64,000 nt of DNA from the IMG/VR virus record IMGVR_UViG_3300027969_000042, positions 1 to 64,000 of that record; one strand, written 5' to 3'. Made by a program: the position numbers and the translations under genes. The DNA is from a virus. The first letter of the stretch is position 1. Each line of letters opens with the position of its first letter. A model generated the notes under the pieces. The model saw only the letters and a program-made list of their open reading frames with translations, searched no databases and was not told the DNA's origin. Below, one piece after another: positions 21,170 to 30,800 of the stretch.

Positions 21170-21348
21170 TTAGAAGATTTCAATAGTGTAAAGTCATGTT
21201 CTCGAACATAAACTCCAGGACTAATATACATATTCTTTTCTGGTAGACCTAATATTCTTCTTAATTTTTTTAAACGATTATGCCTTCTAATTCTTCTTAC
21301 TAACCTATGATCAATTTCATTGGATATAAATCCTGGACTTCTACTCAT
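21166..21348 (-). CDS. 60-aa peptide with two tail-sheath N-terminal-like motifs flanking an RLKKLRRIL tag
   Basis: Likely start ATG 21348: MSRSPGFISNEID...RLKKLRRILG...MYISPGVYVREHDFT. Confidence 0.6.
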   Translation of the reverse strand: MSRSPGFISNEIDHRLVRRIRRHNRLKKLRRILGLPEKNMYISPGVYVREHDFTLLKSSK

Positions 21349-21667
21349 TGACTTTAAATATATTATTGATTTTTCTTTTTCTTGTTGTGTGTTTTGTATC
21401 ACCATATTGATAATCAGCATAAAATAATTGACCACTAGGGGCGGGTAATGGTTTAACGGATACTAAATCAAGGCCGATAGTTTGTGCAGCAACTTTCATT
21501 GCGATTGGAAACATACTTGGAAAACTTGAAGTACTTGTTGTAGTTTGTGATTGGAATCCAGCATATTGAGACATCCAGGTGGATTTAGATCCAGTTAGAC
21601 CCATATTACCAATAAGATTATCCCATTTATATTGGGTATCTTTTCTGGTATTTTTTAAATTTTTCAT
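21341..21667 (-). CDS. Truncated major-capsid-protein (T4 gp23-like) fragment with C-terminal RKRKINNIF tag
   Basis: FPIAMKVAAQTIGLDLVSVKPLPAPSGQLFYADYQYG resembles the gp23-family segment (..IAYDICGVQPMTGPTGLIFAMRSRY); only 108 aa. Confidence 0.65.
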   Translation of the reverse strand: MKNLKNTRKDTQYKWDNLIGNMGLTGSKSTWMSQYAGFQSQTTTSTSSFPSMFPIAMKVAAQTIGLDLVSVKPLPAPSGQLFYADYQYGDTKHTTRKRKINNIFKVNE

Positions 21668-21703
21668 AATAAAAATTTGTTTATTATAGAAAAATTTATC
21701 ATG

Positions 21704-21991
21704 TTAGTTTAGAGTTTTATACTCTTGTTTAATTTCAGTTTCTAGTTCAGACTCTTGTTGTTCGTCTAATTGTTTATTAAACTCTTTTTTATACCAAGAA
21801 ATTAGTTGATGAATGATAATATCTTCTGCTTCACCATTACTGACTGCATTATAATCACCTTCTTCAACCCATTCTTTTACTTCATCAGCAAGCATTTCAG
21901 AAACGGTTTCTTCTGTGAATTGTTCTTTAATCTTTACAACTGCATGATGTTTATCAAAAGTGTTCTCATTATATTTTCTTAAATATCTCAT
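21704..21991 (-). CDS. Hypothetical acidic protein, CTS-like N-terminus (MRYLRKYNE)
   Basis: 95-aa ORF. Confidence 0.7.
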   Translation of the reverse strand: MRYLRKYNENTFDKHHAVVKIKEQFTEETVSEMLADEVKEWVEEGDYNAVSNGEAEDIIIHQLISWYKKEFNKQLDEQQESELETEIKQEYKTLN

Positions 21992-22404
21992 ATCTCATTA
22001 TTATATTTTACATAAATACTCATTCCTGAAGCTTCTTTTATAGGATGTGATTTTAATTCCTCTATTGTAAATGGAGTAGTTTCACTATTATTGTCCCATA
22101 GTAATACAACTTGCTCATCATCTAAATCCGTATTCTCTGGAACTAACTTATATTTCTTATTTATAATTTCTACAAATGGAATTAAATGATCTTTAAGTTT
22201 ATCCCATTTTATATTTTTATCATCTACTGAGTAAATCTCTATTACTATACATTCATCTATGAATTGATATTCATACACGCCAACTTCAATATTATTATCA
22301 TCTAGTAAGTAAGCCAGATACATCTCACTAACTTCCTTTAGTTCATTTATAAAGTCTTCAATATGAAAATTTTCAAATAATTTATAAAACTTTAAATATT
22401 TCAC
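21988..22404 (-). CDS. Hypothetical protein, CTS-like N-terminus (GTG start)
   Basis: 138 aa; shares ELxExxExxLAYLxD...IKWDxxKDHxIPF with 51971..52435. Confidence 0.7.
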   Translation of the reverse strand: MKYLKFYKLFENFHIEDFINELKEVSEMYLAYLLDDNNIEVGVYEYQFIDECIVIEIYSVDDKNIKWDKLKDHLIPFVEIINKKYKLVPENTDLDDEQVVLLWDNNSETTPFTIEELKSHPIKEASGMSIYVKYNNEI

Positions 22405-23357
22405 TACTTCAATTTAATATGTACATATAACCAGAATGAGTGTGGTTTAACACTAATCAGAACTTTTTGACCCCATTTTTTAGTCATAACCCAAGTAGTG
22501 AAATTGTTTTTAATATTCAATAATTCACCTTCATCTAATTTACCATTATCCCACTTACCAATACCATAGTATCCAAATGAAATTACTTTATCAGAAATTG
22601 TTGGCTTTGATTCTTTTTCAAAATATCCAGGTTTAAAATCTTTCATATCAGTTTTAATCTTACCAAGAAGTAACATATCGGTATGTGATATATTTACAAT
22701 TTCTTTTTTCAAAGAAGCTGCTGATTTAGATTCAATAGTTACTAACCATCTTAAAACTGAAGGAGTTAGTTTGAATTGTCCAATTGGATTTAATTTATCA
22801 TAAGTAACACCATATTCAAATGTTCCATCACATTTAATACCAAAGTAAAGACCACATTCATTTTTACCATAATCAATCATATCTAAATATCTTGTCAATG
22901 ATTTGAATCTACTAAATACAGATTTAACATCTTCTGATGATAGGTCTGGATAATAATAAAATAATAAGAAATGAGAAGGACATTTTTCAACATTTGAGCC
23001 TTTCTCTTTTTGACCTAGTGCGGTCAATGATTTTAAAAATGAATTAAAGATTGATTTACCAGCAATTGTAATTTCAGCAGACTCATTGATTTCGGTTGAA
23101 ACCAAAATCTCAGGTTCTTTTTCTTCGATACCATTTTGAAGATAAGTATCAATTTGTGATTTAATATCATCTTGTTCAGATTGTTCTAATGTATTTATAG
23201 CATTAGACAGTCTTATATTAGAAGGTATATCTCCTAAAAATCGATTTACTATGTTTTTAACATATTCATCATCATACAAAGACTCAACCCACTCTCCAAG
23301 TGAATTGAAGTCTTGTAATTCAGATTCTTTAATAAACTCTAAATACTTCTTTATCAT
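22404..23357 (-). CDS. Hypothetical protein, candidate internal head protein (MIKKYLEFIKES)
   Basis: 317 aa; preceded by TAATATATAC. Confidence 0.75.
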   Translation of the reverse strand: MIKKYLEFIKESELQDFNSLGEWVESLYDDEYVKNIVNRFLGDIPSNIRLSNAINTLEQSEQDDIKSQIDTYLQNGIEEKEPEILVSTEINESAEITIAGKSIFNSFLKSLTALGQKEKGSNVEKCPSHFLLFYYYPDLSSEDVKSVFSRFKSLTRYLDMIDYGKNECGLYFGIKCDGTFEYGVTYDKLNPIGQFKLTPSVLRWLVTIESKSAASLKKEIVNISHTDMLLLGKIKTDMKDFKPGYFEKESKPTISDKVISFGYYGIGKWDNGKLDEGELLNIKNNFTTWVMTKKWGQKVLISVKPHSFWLYVHIKLK

Positions 23358-23389
23358 AGAGTATATATTAAAAATATATTTTACTTTAT

Positions 23390-26300
23390 TTAATTTTTAC
23401 TAGACTCTATTGTAGAGATTACTTGTTTAGATGTAATTGATTTACTACATTCAAATTGTTTATCAGTTCCTTTATTTATAGGACACCAATTCCAATCACC
23501 TGCATCTAATCTATGTGAATTAAAACATCCATTACAAACAGATTCATTAAATATTCTAATAATATTTTCATCTAATGGTTCAGTAATAGGTTTACTAAAT
23601 CCTGATATAATCACAGTCTTTTTATTTAAAGCCCAAGATAACCAACTGATACCTGAACTTATACCAATAAACATCTCACAATTGTATAAATATGTTATTA
23701 AGGTATCCATTGAAGTATCTTTCATATGAATAACACCTTCTGGATTTTTATTACCCATATATCCATCTTCTTCTGAACTTACAATAACTACTTCATAACC
23801 ATTTAATTTATAATGGTCTACAATATCCTGCCACCCAGTTGGATTATTCCAATACTTTGCTTGTGCAGTTGAGTGTACTGCAATACAGATATATTTATTA
23901 TCTAATGGAGAATTTTTATCATTTACTTTAATAAATGGTTTTATTGAACTTTCTTCTAATCCTAAAATATCGGATGTTGTTGCTTGTAAAGGAATATTTT
24001 TAAATTCTCTTGGATTTTTATAAACATTCATTTTATTATTATCATAAAACCATCCTATCGTATAACTACAATAAGTATTCTCATAAGTTGCTCCAGGATT
24101 TACAAAATTTAATCTAGGATATTTCTCAGTATCAAATAAAAAGTTTTTGAATGTACTAACAATCACAATACAGTTATTTTTTTGTGCAAATTCATTTATA
24201 TGTGGTGTCCAAGCTAAGGTATCTCCTAAAGATGATGATTCTAAGCTAACTCTAACGATTTTATTATTTAAGTTAAATTCATCTATAGTTATCTCTTTAG
24301 TTGTTAGATTTTCAACTTGAATTCTCCAATTCACAAAATATCTAATAGAGCATCTAGTCCATTGATTTGATGATATTATACATTCGTATAATACTTTATT
24401 TTTATCAGAATCAATAAACTTAACAAGATATTTATAACCAGAATCACCAAGTATCTCAACAAATGGTCCATCTAAATACTTTATATCAATTCTATTTTTG
24501 ATTTCAAATTTATTATCATTAATATCTCTCTTTATTAAATGATTTTTAATGATAATATTTGCATTTGAGTTATCACTATTAAATAAATCGATAAATGTTT
24601 CTTGTTCATCTGATATGGTGATTCCTTTTAATATATCACTTTTATCAATTTTAACTAATTTTCGGGGTATATCCGCAATAATTTCATACTTATTGTTTAT
24701 TATATACTTTTGATTATTATTTTGCATAAATATAATATAATAGTCTTCTTCTGAATTCCCTACTATACAACCAGACTTACTCAACCATCTATTATTTATC
24801 TCGACTGCATTTATAATATTGTTTGGTTTTAAGAGTTCTATATCACTAATATTTGTTTTTATATTAAATTCCTCTAAAGCAGAACCAATAGCATCTTCTA
24901 AAAATCCCTTATTTTTATATTTAAAATAATTTTTCTTTGAATTTAATGGTTCTATGATTTTATAAAAAGAATTACTCTCTACTGAAAATAACCCACTATT
25001 GACTGATATAGATTCTCCTATATTAAATCCATATCCAACAAATTCATATTTATTTAATAAATGTGAATTTTCTTCTAGTAAATTGGTATTTATTATATAA
25101 TCATAATTTACAAAATGAACCTTTTTAAAACTATTAACAATTGCAAGCGATAACCCATTTTTTATTAGTTTAAGTGCAGCATAACTATGATTATATTGAA
25201 ATGGTAATGTAATATCACAGTCAGTGTGATTCCAATATGTATATGGTAGATAACCATATAAATTTGCTTCCTTTGAATTAATAGTTGGATTATCTTTATC
25301 AATAATTACATAATCTACCAAGTCTGATATATAATCAGGTACTTTTATATGAGATGATAAAATAACAGTATAACCCTTATTCTTATTTACATTTATACAT
25401 TGTTCTAATAAGTTTAGTTTCTCTTGGTCATCTGCATGTGACATTATTACAACTGCATCTAATTTAGTAATCAAGTTTAAACTTTTTAATATGTTGAATG
25501 AATCTTGACCTATCCTTGTCCAATTAAATTTATTTTTAATTATTTCGGCATCTTTTAAGGCAGTTTCTTTTTTATTAGTATAGTTTTCATAACAATCAAC
25601 TAAAACTCTCTGTAAGTCATTGTAATCAGGTTCTGCATATAGTCCAGGTGTATCACCAGCAAATCCTAAGTCTCTACCAATGTTTGCAGGTAATTCTGTT
25701 CTTATAGAAACTGGATTTCCTAATCCTTGTGCAAATTCTAATTGAGCACCCCAATTTGAGTATATTACTGGAGTTCCTGCTGCCATAGCTTCTATCAAAG
25801 GGATATTCCAACCTTCACTACGAGCACACGTAATTAAGACATTACCGGTTTTAATATAGTTTACATACTCCTCATATTTTGGAAAATGAAGAACTTTTAT
25901 TCTATCATCATTAAAGTTATAATGTTTTAATCTTTCCTCAGTTGAATTAAATCCATCTACTGAATAGAGATTATCTGTACTTAGTATAAGTTCTACATTA
26001 TCATTATTCGGGAATGATTTTAAAAAGGTATCAATTATCTCTGGTACTGCTTTTCTATAATCCCATCTACCAAAAAACATAAATTTGAATTTATCATTAT
26101 TACTCTCAATATGATCAAAAAATATAGAGTTTACTCCTTCATTTACAACAAAAACTTTATCAGCAGGATAACCTTGTTTAATAATCATATCTTTGTGCCA
26201 TTGTGTAACAACCCAAATGTAGTCAAACTTTAGAAGTTGATTGAAAAATACTTGCTCTAGCTCAGTACTTTCCCAAACAGTGTAAGCTATTTTAATTTTA

Positions 26301-26620
26301 GCTTTATAATCTTGGTAGAAATAGTTATGGTGCATATCCATAAGTACAATATCAACATCTTGTTCAAAATCTTGTTTATGTGTCCAAGGTAAATTTGGAA
26401 ATGAGTGTGATATAGGGTAATCAGAATATGTATTATCTGAATTACTTAATGTAATTTTATCTAAAATTGAATAGTCAATTTCATCCAACTGGGGATTAGA
26501 ATCCCAGGTATAATTTCTAACTCTTAAATCAACATGTTTTGATAATTCTCTAAAAAAATTTCTTGCGTGTGCTGCAAAACCAGTATGACCTAAATAGCAG
26601 GTATGTGCTCTAACTTTCAT
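23390..26620 (-). CDS. Multidomain glycosyltransferase: GT4-like N-terminus plus TibC/Aah-like (GT9 fold) O-glycosyltransferase C-terminus
   Basis: GRWDYRKA...RSEGWNIPLIEAMAAGTPVI (GT4); ESSSLGDTLAW...FIGISSGISWLSWALNKKTVIISGFS...CNGC...WNWCP...FECSKSIT (heptosyltransferase-like, Cys cluster). Confidence 0.85.
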   Translation of the reverse strand: MKVRAHTCYLGHTGFAAHARNFFRELSKHVDLRVRNYTWDSNPQLDEIDYSILDKITLSNSDNTYSDYPISHSFPNLPWTHKQDFEQDVDIVLMDMHHNYFYQDYKAKIKIAYTVWESTELEQVFFNQLLKFDYIWVVTQWHKDMIIKQGYPADKVFVVNEGVNSIFFDHIESNNDKFKFMFFGRWDYRKAVPEIIDTFLKSFPNNDNVELILSTDNLYSVDGFNSTEERLKHYNFNDDRIKVLHFPKYEEYVNYIKTGNVLITCARSEGWNIPLIEAMAAGTPVIYSNWGAQLEFAQGLGNPVSIRTELPANIGRDLGFAGDTPGLYAEPDYNDLQRVLVDCYENYTNKKETALKDAEIIKNKFNWTRIGQDSFNILKSLNLITKLDAVVIMSHADDQEKLNLLEQCINVNKNKGYTVILSSHIKVPDYISDLVDYVIIDKDNPTINSKEANLYGYLPYTYWNHTDCDITLPFQYNHSYAALKLIKNGLSLAIVNSFKKVHFVNYDYIINTNLLEENSHLLNKYEFVGYGFNIGESISVNSGLFSVESNSFYKIIEPLNSKKNYFKYKNKGFLEDAIGSALEEFNIKTNISDIELLKPNNIINAVEINNRWLSKSGCIVGNSEEDYYIIFMQNNNQKYIINNKYEIIADIPRKLVKIDKSDILKGITISDEQETFIDLFNSDNSNANIIIKNHLIKRDINDNKFEIKNRIDIKYLDGPFVEILGDSGYKYLVKFIDSDKNKVLYECIISSNQWTRCSIRYFVNWRIQVENLTTKEITIDEFNLNNKIVRVSLESSSLGDTLAWTPHINEFAQKNNCIVIVSTFKNFLFDTEKYPRLNFVNPGATYENTYCSYTIGWFYDNNKMNVYKNPREFKNIPLQATTSDILGLEESSIKPFIKVNDKNSPLDNKYICIAVHSTAQAKYWNNPTGWQDIVDHYKLNGYEVVIVSSEEDGYMGNKNPEGVIHMKDTSMDTLITYLYNCEMFIGISSGISWLSWALNKKTVIISGFSKPITEPLDENIIRIFNESVCNGCFNSHRLDAGDWNWCPINKGTDKQFECSKSITSKQVISTIESSKN

Positions 26621-26812
26621 CTAACTTATATAGAAATCTTTATAAAGAGTTTATTGTATTATGATATTGTGTTTTTAATTCTTCTCTTTCATCAATTATC
26701 GATTGAGTGATCGGAGTTCCGTCCATAACAAATCTTTCTATAGCTTCTCGGTATATTATTCATCTCATAATTATTCATATTACTATATATAAAATAAGAA
26801 CTATTGAAATAA

Positions 26813-26840
26813 AAAAAAGTCTCAAAATAGAGACTTTTTT
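26813..26840. terminator. Intrinsic terminator
   Basis: AAAAAAGTCTC-aaaata-GAGACTTTTTT downstream of the fibre operon. Confidence 0.8.
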
Positions 26841-26850
26841 TTATTACCTT

Positions 26851-27342
26851 TTACACCAAAGTAAAACATGCACCAGAAGTAGGTCTACTTATTCCAATAT
26901 AATCTACAGAGGTAGGATTTAAAGAAGTAGTAGGAGAACTTTTAAATGTTATTTCCTCACTTGGTTGTCCTATTGCTACTGGTTCAGTAGAGATAAGTCT
27001 AATTCTCCATATAGGGCTGGTCCTATCTATAATGTGTGATAATAGTGTAGAATAAGTAATAGGTTCCATATCTATTACTTGACTTGATTTAACAACATTT
27101 CCAGTGTATGTTGGATAACCATCTCGATCTAATTCTTGAAAATTTAGTGTACCTAAAAATATATAATCTAAATAAGGAGAAGATATACAAATTGCAGATG
27201 GATATTGAATTGTATAAGAAGATAGTTTATCATTTAGTGAATTGTAAAAGTCTTCAAGATCTTTCCCACTATATATTTGTGAAAAATAATTATCTATTGT
27301 AGTTATTTCTAGTGGATTTGTTTCTGCAGCTCTTATTGGCAT
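26851..27342 (-). CDS. Hypothetical protein, tandem paralog 2
   Basis: AAETNPLEITTI...GISRPTSGAC shared with 27362..27790. Confidence 0.75.
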   Translation of the reverse strand: MPIRAAETNPLEITTIDNYFSQIYSGKDLEDFYNSLNDKLSSYTIQYPSAICISSPYLDYIFLGTLNFQELDRDGYPTYTGNVVKSSQVIDMEPITYSTLLSHIIDRTSPIWRIRLISTEPVAIGQPSEEITFKSSPTTSLNPTSVDYIGISRPTSGACFTLV

Positions 27343-27361
27343 TATTTATTTATTTATTTTT

Positions 27362-27790
27362 TTATAATTGACACGCACCAGAAGTAGGTCTACTTATTCC
27401 TTCATAATTTACTTTAGTAGGGTCTAAAGAAGTTGTAATTGAACTAGGTATTTCAATTATAGAGAAGCCTGAAGACAGTGTAATCTTCCACAAACCTTGG
27501 TCATAGTATAGTGAACCATCATAGATTAGTTTGGCTTGACCTGGAGCTGATCTTTCAATATCTCCAAAGTACATTGGGTAATGGTTCACGTCAAGATAGG
27601 TAAAATTTAATGTGCCTAATAATGTAGCATCTTCAAAATTAGAAGATAAGCAAATTTCTGATGGATATTTATAAGAAAATAATTTATCATTTAGTGCAGC
27701 ATAAAATTCTTGAAGTTGCTTTCCTTCATATATTTTTGAAAAATAACCATTTATTGTAGTTATTTCTAGTGGATTTGTTTCTGCAGCCAT
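27362..27790 (-). CDS. Hypothetical protein, tandem paralog 1
   Basis: 142 aa; same N- and C-terminal motifs as 26851..27342. Confidence 0.75.
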   Translation of the reverse strand: MAAETNPLEITTINGYFSKIYEGKQLQEFYAALNDKLFSYKYPSEICLSSNFEDATLLGTLNFTYLDVNHYPMYFGDIERSAPGQAKLIYDGSLYYDQGLWKITLSSGFSIIEIPSSITTSLDPTKVNYEGISRPTSGACQL

Positions 27791-27806
27791 TATTTTTATA
27801 TATTTT

Positions 27807-30800
27807 TTAGTTTGAATATGTCACACTTAGTCTTTCACTAATTAGTATTTCTAAATCAATTTCTACATAGCCAGAAAAAATCTCAGTAGATTGTGCAAAT
27901 AATGTTATAAAAAAATCACTTGAGCTTGCAATACTATTATCTAATATAAAGAAAGCTTTTGTTAGTGGTATTATATCACCAGTAGTAAAATCTTTAACCA
28001 ATCCATTTACTGTAAATGGAGTTGTTGTATTCACAAACGTATTCACACTGGATGCAACTACTGTTGATGAATTAGAACTATTTATTATTTCTCTTGGTGC
28101 GTCACCAGAAATTGAGATAACTCCAACTAATAATGCATAGATTGGTTCCGAGTTATTAAATGTTGCCCTACCCTTTAATTTATATTTTTTATAAATATCT
28201 CCACTATCATAAGTTACTAAACCAGATAGCTCGGCAATTGTACTTTCTACCAAAGTTTCTAAACTACCTTGTATATATTGATATGAAATACTTTCTCCTG
28301 TACCTCCTGTACCTGCTGGTCCTTGTGGTCCTTGTGGACCGGCTGGACCTGCTGGTCCTTGAGCACCTGTATTTCCTTGAAGTCCTTGAGCACCTGCTGG
28401 TCCTTGAGCACCTGCTGGTCCTTGAGCACCTGCTGGTCCTTGAGCACCTGTATTTCCTGTATTTCCTAGGCTACCTTGAGCACCTGTTCTGACAAAAGAG
28501 AATATAATTGAATCTCCTTGATTAAATGTTCCATTTCCAGATTGGTAAGTTGCGGTAAAATTCCTATGTGTTGTTAGACTTGTTATTGTAGATATGTTAT
28601 ATACCACAAATGTATTACTATCACCTTTCTTACTTAACATTAAAGTACCTCTATTTGGAAAAGTTCCAGCAGAAGCTATACTATTAAAGTATGTTGACAA
28701 TGAAGTACCATTTATATCATTTGTATTTACATATAAAGTACCTGTAGAAAGTGATGAGGTTGCTGAAAAGTTTATAGTTCCATTTACAAGTGAATTAGTT
28801 GCAGAAAAAACACCAATTACATATTCAAATCCAACTGAAAAATTACCAGTAGCACCTGTGGCACCAGTTGCACCAACACCTGCAATAACTGATAATGTTC
28901 CATCAATTGACATAGTAAGTCCTGTACCTATATTAAGTGAATGTGTGTGATCTTGTCTTGCAAAAGCATTTTTAATACCTTCTGTATTAGTTTTCCCTAT
29001 TGGTTCTGGAACTCCAGTTGCTAAAGCATCTAAACCATTTGGTAAATGTCTTGATGCATGTGATTCAATAGTTACTCCATTTATTTGTCCTACTCCTACA
29101 ATTGAGTTACTTGCCATTACTAAATCATTAGCCATTGGTCTATTACCATTAACTAATAAGTATTGTGGATGGTCATCTGCTGATAATCCTTGTAGATTAC
29201 CATGTGTTGAAGAAGCATTTACTCCACTTGATTTAAAGCCAATAACTGGTCTAATATCCAATATATTATAAATTGTACTTAATCCTTCTTGTATTATAAT
29301 ACTTGCAATAGGTACAATTGCATCTTCAAAATAATTTGGTGGAATTGGAAGTGGAGCTCCTTCTACATCAATAGCTCCTTCGTATTGTTGTTGTCCTACA
29401 ACTAATAAATACTTTTCAGTATCACCTTCACCATTTACATATAAAGTGTGTTTTGTATAATAAGATGCAGACATACCAACTAAACTTCCATTTATATCAT
29501 ATAAATTAGTAACAATATTTGTATCTGTTATTATACAGTCTGTTCCATTTAAAACAAACTGACTAAATGTAATTCCTAAACCGCCATATGGCATATAATT
29601 TTTACTACCAAAATAATAAGAACCTCTTGATACATTTAAACTAAAAGTTGCACCCTCTGTTACTAAAGAACCTCTTTCATAAATTGAACCTAATGCTTTC
29701 CTATTAAAAGTAATTAATTTATTAGTAGTATGTTCAGCATCTATAAAACTTCTATCAATTAAAATAACTTCACCATTGTGTGTTATAACTCTTCCTAAGA
29801 CAATAGTATTTGTAGTATTTGGCATTGATGCGGCTTCTGAAAATAAACCGGTATTAGGAAAATTTTCATTTACATAAATATACACTGCAGAATTAGTTGC
29901 ACTAACTTCAAATGAAGTCTCAGGCCAGTCTATTCTTAAAATATTATGATTATTAGACTCTAAATATCCATATCCACTTGATATACTTACTGTCTGACCT
30001 GAATACATTGATATTTCGCCTCCTGTCAAAACACCCATTCCAGAACCTTCAAAAATAAGTGTTGATAAATCAGTGTGAGTTCCATCAGCATATGTTATTG
30101 ATATTTTTCTTGTAATATCAAACTCACCATCATCTCTATCTAAGAATCCCCAATAAATATTTGAACTTTCATTAAATATTTTTTCATGTGAACTACTTCC
30201 TTGAAATGTTCCAAAAGTATTAGGATGTGCAATATAAAAATCACAATCACAATCTTTTATAGAAACTGAGTTTAATGTAAATTTTGATGCAGTACCAACA
30301 TTTCCGATTTCAAATCCTTTAGTATAGTTACTAATTTCAAAAGAAGATATATTTATATTGGCTCCATTTTGTCCATAAAATCCAGAGTCTGAGTCATAAA
30401 CTCCAGTAATAGATCCACCAAAAACACTAATAGATGAATTTTCACCACTTATCCAATTTGATATAGAACCTGTTACACCTACCTCAGTATAATAATTTTC
30501 ACAATTTGCAAATGCTAATATTCCATTTTCGGATTCGACTTTCATACCATATGAATATTCACCATTAAAATCAATATACTCCCCAAAAAAAGATGTATCT
30601 TTAGTAATACCTCTTACTAAAATCATTGTATCACAATCATACATAGATAACTTATGTACTAATGAAAATCCATCTAAATCTTGACATACAATTGCTGCAT
30701 AGCCTGGACCTACACCTACTATAGTTAGATATGATAAGTATATACTATCATTACATATAAATAAATGTTGATTTAAACTATTAGGAATAACCTGTGTTGT

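Noticed and set aside
26640-26922. Track ORF 26707..26922 (+) and a possible frameshifted minus-strand mini-gene (MNNYEMNNI / YREAIERFVMDG...NSL, 26640..26778)
   Set aside because: The plus ORF crosses a terminator. The minus-strand join needs an indel and gives under 50 aa with no recognisable motif, so it is too weak to call.
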